Assembly (NCBI GenBank): GCA_963920595.1
Contig: OY986946.1
Location: 3,534,001 to 3,598,000 of the forward strand
DNA: 64,000 nucleotides
Direction of reading: 5' to 3'
Source: Eimeria praecox
Taxonomy: Eukaryota
Shown here: positions 15,231-29,286 of the stretch, piece after piece
Layout of the letters: every line of letters starts with the position of its first letter
How positions within the stretch are numbered: the stretch's first letter is position 1
The notes under the pieces: generated by a model
Seen by the model: the letters and a program-made list of their open reading frames with translations, nothing else
Database searches by the model: none
Told to the model about the DNA's origin: nothing
Made by a program: the position numbers and the translations under genes

Positions 15231-15671
15231 TTTGACAGTAGCAGCAGGAGTAGTAGCTGGCCGAGCAGCAAGGGAAGAAGCACACGTACAGCATCTGTCT
15301 GTCTGTGTGCTGTGGCTGTATCTTGAGGGTTTAGGGTTTAGGGTTTAGGGTTTAGGGTTTAGGGTTTAGGGTTTGTTTATATTTATCATTGTCTTTAATA
15401 TATTAGTTTTCTGCTTCATGTGGCCTTGGGGTTTACGTATAGAAATATAAATATAAATAATATATTGAATATAAATATATTAATATAAATATATATAAAT
15501 ATAAATATATTAAATATTAATATATTAATATAAATATATTAATATAAATAAATATATATTAATATAAATATATATAAATATAAATTTATATTTTTCTCCT
15601 AGATATTACAGAATCTGCAGCTTTGGCTTGGCTTAGAGGGAGTCTTCTTCATTGCAGCAACAGCAGCAACA

Positions 15672-15710
<39 letters not shown>

Positions 15711-15850
15711 CATGCGCGCCCAGCCCTTTTGGTTTTGCTGCTGCTGCTGCTGCTGCAGCAGCAGCAGCAGCAGGTAGCCTTGTCATCTTCGCACGTACAG
15801 AAATCCTTAGCCCTATACAAACCCATATACCCCCCTCTAGCAGCTCGTAA
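6330..15850 (+). CDS. PI-PLC X-domain-containing protein (PLCXD / bacterial-type PI-PLC catalytic domain) with N-terminal hydrophobic segment
   Basis: Exons approx. 6330-6801 (uncertain), 7395-8129, 8382-8966 (LENWMGTLGLQDIPLEKLILP), 9275-9366 (THNSAS..WVSCQ), 9788-10516 (LSIYEQLRRGIRWLDLR..YCAHGG), 11455-11672 (VLEEVHLFLVHHPSEVVFL), 12948-13146 (GQRLIVLW), 13451-14057, 14463 onward (INLFSHDFADRRIVSLLLQIN). The end is ambiguous: read-through to TAG at 14935, or a splice from 14849 to 15603 with stop at 15850. Confidence 0.85.
9188..9231. repeat. Interstitial (CCCTAAA)n
   Basis: Tandem heptamer read directly. Confidence 0.95.
10610..10995. repeat. GTTGTTGTTGATGCTGCT-type 18/21-bp minisatellite (intronic)
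   Basis: Repeating unit that reads DAAVVV in the ORF track. Confidence 0.85.
15327..15374. repeat. Interstitial (TTTAGGG)n
   Basis: Tandem heptamer read directly. Confidence 0.95.
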
Positions 15851-15856
15851 TATAAA

Positions 15857-16160
15857 GGGGGCCCCCGCGGGGGGGCCCCCAGGGCCCCTGGGGGCCCCCC
15901 GGGGGGCCCTTGGGGGCCCCCTCGGTACCTCTCAGGGGCCCCTTGAGTGGGGCCCCTCGGTACCTCATGGGGCCTTTAGGGGGGGCCCCTAGGGGGCCCC
16001 TGAGTGGCACCCGAGGGGGGGGGGCCCTTGGGGCCCCTTGGTGTACCCTGGGGGGCCCCTTGGGGGCCCCTTGGTGTACCCTGGGGGGCCCCTTGGTGTA
16101 CCCTTGGGGGCCCCTAGGGTACCTTCAGGGGGTTGTTGTAGTGTGTATGGGGGGCCCCTT
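15857..16160. repeat. GGGGGCCCCC-rich quasi-palindromic low-complexity block
   Basis: Many GnCn runs, with a repeated CCTTGGTGTACCCTGGGGGGCC unit at about 16035-16110. Confidence 0.85.
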
Positions 16161-16485
16161 TGGGTTTGTGTGTTTTGTGATATTTAAGACTTTTTATATC
16201 GGTTGTTTTTCTGTTTTTCTCACGAGTTTTAATTTAATTTAATTTAATTTAATTTAATTTAATTTAATTTAATTTAATTTATTTGTATTTAGATTATGTT
16301 TTGTATATTATTTAAATAAATATATTTATTTCTATTTATTTATATATTACGTAGATAAATAAATATATAATTATAGTTTTATTTAATTAATTTTATGTAT
16401 TTATATATATTTTTCTATACTAACAAATACTAATTATACTCCCGACAGATTTATCTGTTTAAGAGAAGACACATAATTAATATTT

Positions 16486-16545
<60 letters not shown>

Positions 16546-16636
16546 TTATTTGAGTCTATTTAATTAATTTTAATTAATTAGTTTAATTATTTAACTCTCG
16601 TAGAAAAGAAAGAAAACACAAAAGGAGGCTTCCTGC

Positions 16637-16696
<60 letters not shown>

Positions 16697-16885
16697 TGCA
16701 GCCTTGCTGCTGCTGCTGCTGCTGCTGCTTCTGGGAGTCCGTAGATATATAAATCTATTTATTTATTATTTTATTTGTTTATTTGTTTTTATGTTTGTTG
16801 TTATACGTTAAGCCCCACCCTCCCTTCTCTCTTTTTATATCTCTCCCTCCGTCATACAAATAAAACCTAATGAGTAATAGATAAC

Positions 16886-17810
<925 letters not shown>

Positions 17811-17818
17811 ATATTTTT

Positions 17819-17969
17819 TTATTGCACGAAGTCCTGAGAAGGTTGTATACACAAATCCGCTCGCTGCAGCTGCTGCTGCTGCTGTGCTTGTGTTTGAAAG
17901 AGAGACAGAGGAATTGGATCTTGCGTCATGTGTCTCCCAAGCGACTCTTCTGTTTGCTGCTGCTCTACT

Positions 17970-18002
<33 letters not shown>

Positions 18003-18317
18003 TGCTCTTGTGGCTGTGGCTGCTCCTCATCGTGCTGCTGCTGTTCTTGATCCGACGTCTTGCGTGTATTTGCTGCTGCTGCTGCTGCTGCTGCAGCAGC
18101 AGCAGCAGCAATTAAACTAACACCGTATATAATAGATAGAATCGCACCTACACCAAGAAGAATTAAAGCTAATTCAATACAACCTGCATGCAGCAGCAGC
18201 TTCTTCTTTGTTATTAAACCTGCTGCTATCGCTCCTATACCTACAGGTATAAATATATTTAATATCCCTCCACCAATATAAACATATTCTTCAGATTTAT
18301 TCTGAGGAGGAGGTGCC
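17819..18317 (-). CDS. Small membrane protein, SPEC3/stum-like; last exon (upstream exon probably around 18362-18620, unresolved)
   Basis: A T-rich acceptor precedes GILNIFIPVGIGAIAAG...GCIELALILLGVGAILSIIYGVSLI. These two hydrophobic segments resemble the LNxxxPGxG and VGWIxSIxWG pattern of SPEC3/stum. Recognised by eye only. Confidence 0.55.
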
Positions 18318-18428
18318 TGAAAAAAACAGACAAAAAACATATTATTTTGGGGTGTATGTACAACACATCAAACATGATAGAGAGAAGAATGAAAAGGCTG
18401 ATGATGCTGCTGTTCCTGTTGTTGCTGC

Positions 18429-18469
<41 letters not shown>

Positions 18470-20096
18470 CTGCTGTTGCTGCTGTTGCTGCTGCTGTTGC
18501 TGCTGCTGGTGCTGGTGCTGGTGTTGCTGTTCTAGTACTTCATAGTGCTGCTGCTATTGCTATTGCTGTTGCTATTGCTGTTGCTGTTGCTGTTGTTGCT
18601 GCTGCTCTTCATCCTGCTGCTGCAATGACGCGTAGATCAGAATATTATTTATATTTATAAACAAAAATAAAAAATAAAACACAGAAAATATCGTAAACAA
18701 ACTCGTGCTTCCTTTGTCGATACAGATGTGCTACAGGGAGGCGGCCTCCTCCTTCATAACTGAGGCTTTTAAATATATTTCATGAAAGATTTTATATTAA
18801 TTATAAATAATTTAAATATCTCACCCAAAAATAATGAAGAATAGGTTCTTTTTCGGAGGTTTCTGTTGTTGTTTCAGGTGTATGTACACTGTTCGCAGAC
18901 TCCGTCCTTGATTGGCTCATAGTGGCTAGGGCGTCCTATGGAGCTGTACGGGGCTTAAAAGAGTTAAAACTGAAGAGAAAAATACAAAAAATACCTTTTA
19001 AAAACAAAAAAATAAGTATAAATAATAAAAAAACAAGAAAAATACACTGCGTTATACCTCCACTCGATACAAAGTCGCTGCCTCTGAAGCTATATCAAAC
19101 ATTCAAAATCTCATGAATAAACAAGAGAAAGCTGTAAAAAAATTATATATTTTGTTTGTTTTAAAACTATTATTTTATATTTTAAAATAATATCCTAAAA
19201 AATATCAAACCTTATTCATAAACCCTCTCCCTATGCCCGCACCATGTCGGGGTTATGTTTCATGCAGCGCCCATACATGAACGAGCTACTTCTGTTTCTG
19301 CCTATCAATTTTTGTAAATTTAAAACACGAAATCTGTTTAATTATATTTAATTATATATTTTTAATCCTAAATTTTGTTATTTTTACTGTATATACACCT
19401 GAATTCAAATATGTTTGTTCCTTAGGCGCACTACTATTGCAAGCCAAGCACTGCGAGTTTCCTATCGCAACTTGCATGGTTTTTAATATAAAATATTTAA
19501 TTTATATTTATTTTTATTAATTTAATTTAATTAAATATCTTTTATTATTTTTTTTAACACAAAAAAACCACAATTTCGATCCTATAGAACACCGGACCGC
19601 CCGAGCACTGTCCAGCGCCTCCGGCGGTGCAGACCGACATTTCGAGGCATTTCATGTTTTTTTTTAATTTTATTTTTTTCATTTAAATTTAATTTATTTT
19701 AATTTTTTATATTAATAATCGAAATAATCGAATTCTTACGATCCTAGCGAACTCCCCTGTTGTCTAATATACACCAGAACTACCTCTTCTCCCTGCTGCT
19801 GCTGCTGCAGCAGCAGCAGCAAGAGCAGCAGCAGCAGCTGCTGCAGCAGCAGCAGCAGCAGCAAGAGCAGCAGCAGCAGCAGCAACCTGCAGCTACAACT
19901 GCCGCTGCATGCAGCCTTTTGCTGCTGCGGACTGTGTTTTAATATATTAAATATAATAAACTCTAATCATCTTAATCTCTTATCTCTAAACCCTAAACCC
20001 TAAACCCTAAACCCTAGAAACGAAGCAAACACAGTTAGTTAGATTACAAAAAGAGCTGTAGCACTCAAGCAGCAAACTAAGTCCCCAACTATCATT

Positions 20097-20146
<50 letters not shown>

Positions 20147-20378
20147 TTGCTGCTGCAGCAGCAGCAACAAAGGATCTGATGTTTGTAAGTAGCGTGTAGT
20201 TGTTGTTTAAACCCTAAACCCTAACAATTAGGGTTTAGGGTTTAGGGTTTGTTGCTGTTTGTTGCTGCTGCTGCTGCTGCTGTATATCAAGACAAACGAA
20301 CAACTCTCCCATTTATTTATTTATTTTAGTAATTTAATTTAATTAATTAATTAATTAATTAATTAATTTATTATTTAT

Positions 20379-21023
20379 TTATTTCTTTGTTTTTCCTGCT
20401 AATGTTGCCGCATCAATCTTCGATCCAATGACAGACATCGACTTCGTACGGCCGTCCTGTATACAAATATAAATATAAATATAAATATAAATATAAATAT
20501 AAATATAAATATAAATATAAATATAAATATAAATATAAATATAAATATAAATATAAATATAAATGTAAATATAAATACAAATATAAATATAAATATAAAT
20601 ACAAATATAAATATAAATATAAATATAAATATAAATATAAATATAAATATAAATATAAATATAAATATAAAATATAAATATAAATATATAAATATAAATA
20701 TAAATGTAAGGATAAACCTTAAAGAGATACATAAACAAATTTAAACTAACGGAGAAAGAAAAAACATAAACAGGAAAGTAATGTAGAGACACATATTAAT
20801 TAAATTAAATTAAATTAAATTAAATTAAATTAAATTAAATTAAATTAAATTAGATAAGTAATATAAACAAATATGAACAAATAAAGAAACATCAAGAACA
20901 AACGAAGAAACACACAAATACATACAGACACATCTAAAAACAGCAGCAAACTGCTGCTGCTGTTGCTGCTGTTGCTGCTGCTGTTGCTGCTGTTGCTGCT
21001 GCTCCTGTTGCTGCTGCTGCTGT

Positions 21024-21075
<52 letters not shown>

Positions 21076-21813
21076 TACAGGTATTTTTATTAGAATGCGG
21101 ACATCTCCTTCTATTTTATCTAAAATGAAATAACCCCTCCTCTCTAGTTGCATCTTGTCTCCTGCAGCCATAAACCCTAAACCCTAAACCCTAAACCCTA
21201 AACCCTAATTCTAGGGATAAGTAGAGATAGAAGCAAAGATACAACTCTCCAAACTCCGCCTTTATATCTATTCTGTATTCTCCCTGCTGCATTAGGGTTT
21301 AGGGTTTAGAAAAGGTTTAGGGTTTCGAGAGAGTCTAGGGTTTATCTAGGGTTTAGGGTTTAGGGTGGAGCTAGGGTTTAGGGTTTACTGCTTATCTAGG
21401 GTTTAGACAAAAATAATTATCTAGGGTTTAAGCTTAATTTTATATTTAGAGTTTTCTCTCTACTTAAAATTTACAGTTCATCTAAGCTCTAGGGTTCATC
21501 TAGGGTTTAGGGTTTATCTAGGGTTTAGGGCTTATCTAGGGTTTAGGGTTTATCTAGGGTTTATTGTTTCTCTAGGGTTTATTATTTCTCTAGGGTTTAT
21601 TATTTATCTAGGGTTTATTATTTCTCTAGGGTTTAGGGTTTAGGGTTTAGGGTTTAGGGTTTAGGGTTTAGGGTTTAGGTTTCTAACCAGGTTTGAGGTT
21701 TCTAAGACTCGGGTCTGCTAGAGCAGGCGTATCGAAGAGAGTATTTTTATTAATAATATTTAAAAACTCATCTTCTTCTTCTTTCTCTTCTTCTTCTTCT
21801 CTTTCTTCTCTTT

Positions 21814-21844
<31 letters not shown>

Positions 21845-21944
21845 TTTTTTTGGTTTTTCTGTTTTTGGTTTTTCGTTTTTATTTGGTAATATCAAATAAT
21901 CTAATTCGCGAAGTATCACAGGAGTAAGCTGGACACACACACAC

Positions 21945-22006
<62 letters not shown>

Positions 22007-22102
22007 GATATAGATATATATACAGAGAGACAGATAGACATAGATAGATAGAAACAGATAGACAGATACAGAGAGATACAAAAATATCTATCTATCTATC
22101 TA

Positions 22103-22158
<56 letters not shown>

Positions 22159-22391
22159 ATTTATCTAGTAGTTTTCATTATGTATTGTGTAGGTAATATA
22201 TATTCTATATATTATATTTATTATATATATTATATAATATATGTAATATATTTTATATATACGGAGATAGGGAGACAGACACAGAAAGCTATACAGAGAT
22301 ATACAGATATACATATATAAATATAGATATGCAGATATGAAGATAGAGATACAAAGATAGACGAATAATATACAGATACATGGATACAGAG

Positions 22392-22435
<44 letters not shown>

Positions 22436-25000
22436 AGCTATAAATAAAATATACAAGAAAAATAAAGATGAAAATATAAATAAGTATAAATATAAATAAA
22501 CTATAGAAGGGTCTTAAGCTATAAATAAAATATACAAGAAAAATAAAGATGAAAATATAAATAAGTATAAATATAAATAAAATATAGAAGGATCTTACAG
22601 CCGGTTGAAAGCTTGCGGGGAGGTTCGATACCCAGTGTACTTTTTTTTTTGTTTTCTTCACATCACCATCAAAGTTTGTTTTCGCTTTAATTTTTATTAT
22701 ATTTCCTTCGTTGTCTTTGATTATTTCCTCACAAATACAATTCCCTAAATGCATTAGAGTTATCTGCATTTAAATAATATAATTAATTAGAAACAAAAAC
22801 AAAAAAAAAGAAGAAAAAAACACAAAAAATATAAATATTTACGCGCTGTATTTTCTTCTTCTTTGATTTTGTTTGTATTTTATATTTATATTTATGTTTT
22901 GGTTTGTGGTTATGTTTATATTTATATTTATATTTATATTTATATTTATATTTACATTTATACTTATATTTATATTTATATTTATATCTATATCTATATC
23001 TATACTTATATTTATATGTTTCTATCTATAAACAAAGCAAAACAAACTAAACAAACAAAATAAATAAAAAAAGCTAAACAAACAAAATAAATAAAACAAA
23101 CAAAACAAATAAAATAAATAAAACAAATAAAATAAATAAAATAAATAAAATAAATAAAACAAATAAAATAAATAAAATAAATAAAATAAATAAAATAAAT
23201 AAAATAAATAAAATAAATAAAATAAATAAAATAAATAAAACAAATAAAATAAATAAAATAAAGTAAAACACACAAAACAAAACAAAACAAAACAATTAAA
23301 AAAAGTTAAATATCTCGGGTTTCTCGCATCCGTGTTCTCTCCCTTCGCCTCTACTTTCTCTAAATATATAAATATATAAATATATAAATATATAAATATA
23401 TAGATATATAAATATATAAATATATAAATATATAAATATATAAATATATAAATATATAAATATATAAATATATAAATACACAAATATATAACTATATAAA
23501 TATATAACTATATAACTATATAACTATATAACTATATAAATATATAAATATATAGATATATAAATATATAAATATATAAATATATAACTATATAACTATA
23601 TAACTATATAACTATATAAATATATAAATATATAAATATAGGGTATATGTACTTCTTCTTTATCTTCACACAAGACAGCATCCTCAGCATCAATAAGAAG
23701 AGAAGAAAAGATAAAAATATTTGTTTCTCCTATCTCTTTGTTTTTAGGATGGAGCTGGCGTTTCTTTGTTTCTACCTCCTTACCCATATCTATTAACTCC
23801 AATTCTACAGCTGTATCTAAATCACAACAACACAAACCCTAAACCCTACAACATAAACCCTAAACCCTACAATATAAACCCTAGAACATAAACCCTAAAC
23901 CCTAGAGCGTAAACCCTAGAATATAAACCCTAAACCCTACAATATAAACCCTAGAACATAAACCCTAAACCCTACAAGATAAACCCTAAACAATAAACCC
24001 TACAAGATAAACCCTAGAACATAAACCCTAAACCCTAGAGCGTAAACCCTAGAATATAAACCCTAAACCCTAGAATATAAACCCTAGAACATAAACCCTA
24101 AACCCTACAATATAAACCCTAAACAATAAACCCTAAACCCTAGAATATAAACCCGAGAACATAAACCCTAAACCCTAGAATATAAACCCTAGAACATAAA
24201 CCCTAAACCCTACAAGATAAACCCTAAACAATAAACCCTAAACCCTACAATATAAACCCTAAACAATAAACCCTAAACCCTGGAGCGTAAACCCTAGAAC
24301 ATAAACCCTAAACCCTAGAATATAAACCCTAGAACATAAACCCTAAACCCTACAATATGAACCCTAGAACATAAACCCTAAACCCTAGAATATAAACCCT
24401 AGAACATAAACCCCAAACCCTAGAACATAAACCTAACCCCAAACAGAAACCCTAAACCCTAAATCCTAAACCCCAAACAGAAACCCTAAACCCCAAACAG
24501 AAACCCTAAACCCCAAACCCTAAACCCCACCCCCCAACCCCTAACCCCCCACCCCAAACCCCTAAATCGCAATTATATATAGTATACGAAACTAATTACA
24601 ACAGTATAAATACAATTGAGGCGTATCCTCACCTTTCGCTACAGCCATAAACCTGGGGACGATGGGATCTAAGATTTGTTTGTTTATCGCCCACAGTTTA
24701 TCAAACTCCATGACATTAATACTTTTCGACGGTCCTAACTCCAATATAAATTTAAATAATCCTTCTACTGTTAAACCACGACGAAGGATACCTGTATATA
24801 CACCCCAAATATATCTAATTTAAATATTTATTATCTATTTATTTATATTCATATAGAGATACTTATTTAGCCATTTATTTATTTATTTTATTTTATAGTT
24901 ATTTATATATTTATTTAATTTATTTATTTATTTATTTTATTTTATAGTTATTTATCTATTTATTTATTTATTTATTTTATTTTATATTTATTTATTTGTC

Positions 25001-25071
<71 letters not shown>

Positions 25072-25135
25072 TCATCACCATCAGCATCACCATCACCACC
25101 ATCAGCAGCACCATCACCATCAACAGCAGCAGCAA

Positions 25136-25167
<32 letters not shown>

Positions 25168-25511
25168 TCACCACCATCGTCATCATCACCAGCAGCAGCA
25201 CCATCACCATCAACAGCACCATCAACAGCAGCAGCACCATCACCACCAACAGCACCATCAACAGCAGCAGCAACAGCAGCACCATCAACAGCAGCAGCAA
25301 CAGCAGCAGCAGCAGCAGCAGTTCTTACCTCTAACAGTCGGCATTCTCGGATCATCCCATCCCTCAACGATTTTATTTTCTACAAAATATTTTAATTTTC
25401 GTTTCGATAAAACCGTGCGAGTAAAACAAAGACGAGAAAACTCATATATGTACACCCGACGTACCTTCATCAAATCTTGTATCTATTAAAACAAACACAG
25501 ACAGAGACAGG

Positions 25512-25576
<65 letters not shown>

Positions 25577-25880
25577 GTAGGTTGTTTGTTTGTTTGTTTG
25601 TTTGTTTGTTTGTTTGTTTGTTTATTTATTTAGTTAGTTAGTTAGTTAGATAGATAGAGATACATATATTTATTTATTTATTTGTTTATTTATTTATTTG
25701 TATTTATATTTATTTATATTTATTTATATTTGTTTATATTTATTTATATTTATTTACATTTATTTATATTTATTTATATTTATTTATATTTATTTATATT
25801 TATTTATATTTATTTATATTTATTTATATTTATTTATATAGTTTAGAGATAGCTATAGGTGTTTATATTTGCTTATATCT

Positions 25881-25940
<60 letters not shown>

Positions 25941-26568
25941 AAACTCCATATATTTTTAGTTTATTATTTTCTTCTAATAACAACAACAGCAGCTAGAAGA
26001 TATGTTTGTCTTTCTATGCATGCGTCACCAAATATATTTATTTATTTATTTATTTAATTTAATTTAATTTAATTTAATTTAATTTAATTAATTAGTTTAT
26101 TAATAAACAACAAATAATTATAAATAAAAACAAAACAAGAGCAAATACATAAATAATAAAAATATAAAAAATAATAAAAATAAATGAATGAAGAAGTAGA
26201 ATAAAATATTAACAGGAAAACAAACAATAAATATAATAAATTAAATTAAATAAACAAAATAAATTAAATTAAATAAATTAAATTAAAATAAAATAAAATA
26301 ATTAGATTCTATCAGCATATACACGAGTAATAAGAAATACAAAACCAAATAAAAAAATAAATAAATAAAATAAATAAATAAAACAAACTACAAACGATAG
26401 ATAAACAACTAACAAATAAAATAAAATAAAATAAAATAAAATAAAATAAAATAAAATAAAATAAAATAAAATAAAATAAATAAAATAAAATAAAATATAT
26501 TAATTAGATCTTATCCTATGATAGCGTTAAATTCTATCATCCTATCATCAAATACAAAACTCGCAATA

Positions 26569-26639
<71 letters not shown>

Positions 26640-27931
26640 ATAAACAAATAAAACAAACTACAAAAACTCTATCAACCCCCATACTAAATAAACTGCATCT
26701 AAATAAACTAAACAAACCTAAATTAAATTAAATTAAATTAAATTAAATTGAAATAAATTAAATTAAAACAGATCTTACCCTACCTAAACCTAAACAAACT
26801 AAAATAAAATAAAATAAATTAAATTAAAATAAAATAAAATAAAATAAAATAAATTAAATTAAAATAAAATAAAATAAAATAAAATAAAATAAATTAAATT
26901 AAAATAAAATAATTAAATTAAAACAGATCTCACCCTATGATACTGTTCAATTCTATCAGCATATTCGTTAGTTCTAAGAGTAAACAAAACTAAATCAAAA
27001 TAAAATAAAACAAACTAAAATAAATTAAATTAAATTAAATTAAACTAAATTAAAATAAAATAAATAAATTAAATTAAAATAATTAAATTAAATTAGAAGA
27101 GATCTCACCCTATGATACTGTTCAATTCTATCAGCATATTCGTTAGTTCTAAGAGCATGTTAAACAAAACCAAATCAAAATAAAATAAAATAAAACAAAC
27201 TAAGACAAATTAAATTAAATTAAATTAAATTAAATTAAATTAAAATAAATTAAATTAGAAGAGATCTCACCCTATGATACTGTTCGATTCTATCAGCATA
27301 TTCGTTAGTTCTAAGAGCATGTTAAACAAAACCAAATCAAAATAAAATAAAATAAAACAAACTAAAATAAAATAAAACAAACTAAAATAAACTAAATTAA
27401 ATTAAATTAAATTAAATTAAATTAAATTAGAAGAGATCTCACCCTATGATACTGTTCAATTCTATCAGCATATTCGTTAGTTCTAAGAGCATGTGTAACT
27501 CCCATCCACGAATCAACTAAGGGGCAGGCGAAATCATACGTAGGATAAACACAAAATGTTTTATCTAATCGATGATGAGAAGAAGAAGAATATCTAAATA
27601 TAACAGGGTCTCTCAAACATTTGTTTGTATTTAACATATCTAATTTTATACGAACGCAACAACGCTGCCCTTCTTCACTACCCTGAATAGGAGAGCAACA
27701 TATACAAACACATGCAGCAGCAATTGCAGCAACAGCAGCAACAGCAGCAGCAGCAGATAGAAGAAACAGAAACAGCACACACAAAGAGAAGCAGCAGCAA
27801 CTGCAGCAACAGCAGCAGCAGCAGCAGATAGAAGAAACAGAAGCAGCACATAGAAAAACAAGCAGCAGCAACTGCAGCAACAGCAGCAGCAGCAGCAGCA
27901 GATAGAAGAAACAGCAGCAGCACATAAAGAG

Positions 27932-27968
<37 letters not shown>

Positions 27969-28233
27969 TAGAAGAAACAGAAGCAGCACATAGAAAAACA
28001 AGCAGCAGCAACTGCAGCAGCAGCAGCAGCAGCAGATAGAAGAAATAGCAGCAGCACACAAAGAGAAGCAGCAGCAGCAGCAGCAGCAGATAGAAGAAAC
28101 AGCAACAGCACACACAAAGAGAAGCAGCAGCAGCAGCAGCAGCAGCAGCAGATAGAAGCAGCAGCAGCAACACACAGAAATATAAGCAGCAGCAGCAGAG
28201 AGAAGCAGCACAGAGCAGCAGCAACGGCAATTG

Positions 28234-28265
<32 letters not shown>

Positions 28266-28639
28266 GCAAAAGCTCTTGCTGCTGCTGTTGCTGTTGCTGC
28301 TGCTGCTGCTGCAATTGCTGTTGTTGCTGCAGTTTCGTTGTTTTCAGACAGGCAGAGAAAGCCAAGGAAAGAAAGAAAGACAGAAAGAGACAGAGAGACA
28401 GAGAGAGACAGAGAAAGAGAGAAGAAGGAAGACAGAAAGAGAGACAGATAGAGAGACAGAGAGAGATAGAAAGAAAGGGAGACAGACAGAGAGAGACAGA
28501 GAGACAGAGACAGAGACAGAGAGAGACAGAGACAGAGACAGAGGGAGACAGAGACAGAGACAGAGAGAGACAGAGACAGACAGAGAGAGACAGAGACAGA
28601 CAGAGAGGGAGAGAAAAAGAGAAGGAGAGACAGAGAGAC

Positions 28640-28676
<37 letters not shown>

Positions 28677-28850
28677 CAGAGAGAGACAGAGACAGAGAGA
28701 GACAGAGAGAGACAGAGACAGACAGAGACAGAGAGAGTTTACTGTACAGCATTAAACGCTATGTCTTCCTACAAAACAAAATATAGAATTAAATATATCA
28801 TTATATATCTAATTACCTAACTAAACACACAGTAAACTAAACAACTCAAA

Positions 28851-28921
<71 letters not shown>

Positions 28922-29249
28922 ACTAGTTTAAACCGAACCTGCTGCATCTCTCTCCACCTTCTCAGATTTTCTTCAACATCAAGATTTCTACACTTTGATA
29001 ATATTCCCTCGCCTCTCTCAACTCGCATTTGTTCTCGAGGTGTATCGTCAACGTAAGCGAGGCCTATCCAGATACAAAGCAGCAGCAGCAGCAGCAGCAG
29101 CAGGTGCAGCAGCAGCAGCAGCAGCAGGGAGAGGAGAAGCAGCAGCAGAAACAGCAGAAGCAGAAGCAGAAGCAGCGGGGTTGTTGTTGCTGTTGTTGTT
29201 GTTGTTGTTGTTGTTGTTGTAGAAATAGAAGCAATAGTAGTTCTAATTG

Positions 29250-29286
<37 letters not shown>

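Noticed and set aside
20208..20250. Telomere-telomere fusion scar or chromosome end
   Set aside because: Wrong orientation for a fusion, very short, and interstitial heptamers are scattered throughout the window.
23296..23360. Unique island ([17 protein letters not shown]) in GluRS intron 10 as a micro-exon
   Set aside because: The flanking exons already join in phase (DKEE-ITLM) and no convincing donor follows.
26926..27491. Repeat-spacer pattern resembling a CRISPR array
   Set aside because: The repeat is a GluRS exon fragment, the spacers are related AT-rich sequence, the context is eukaryotic and there are no cas genes.
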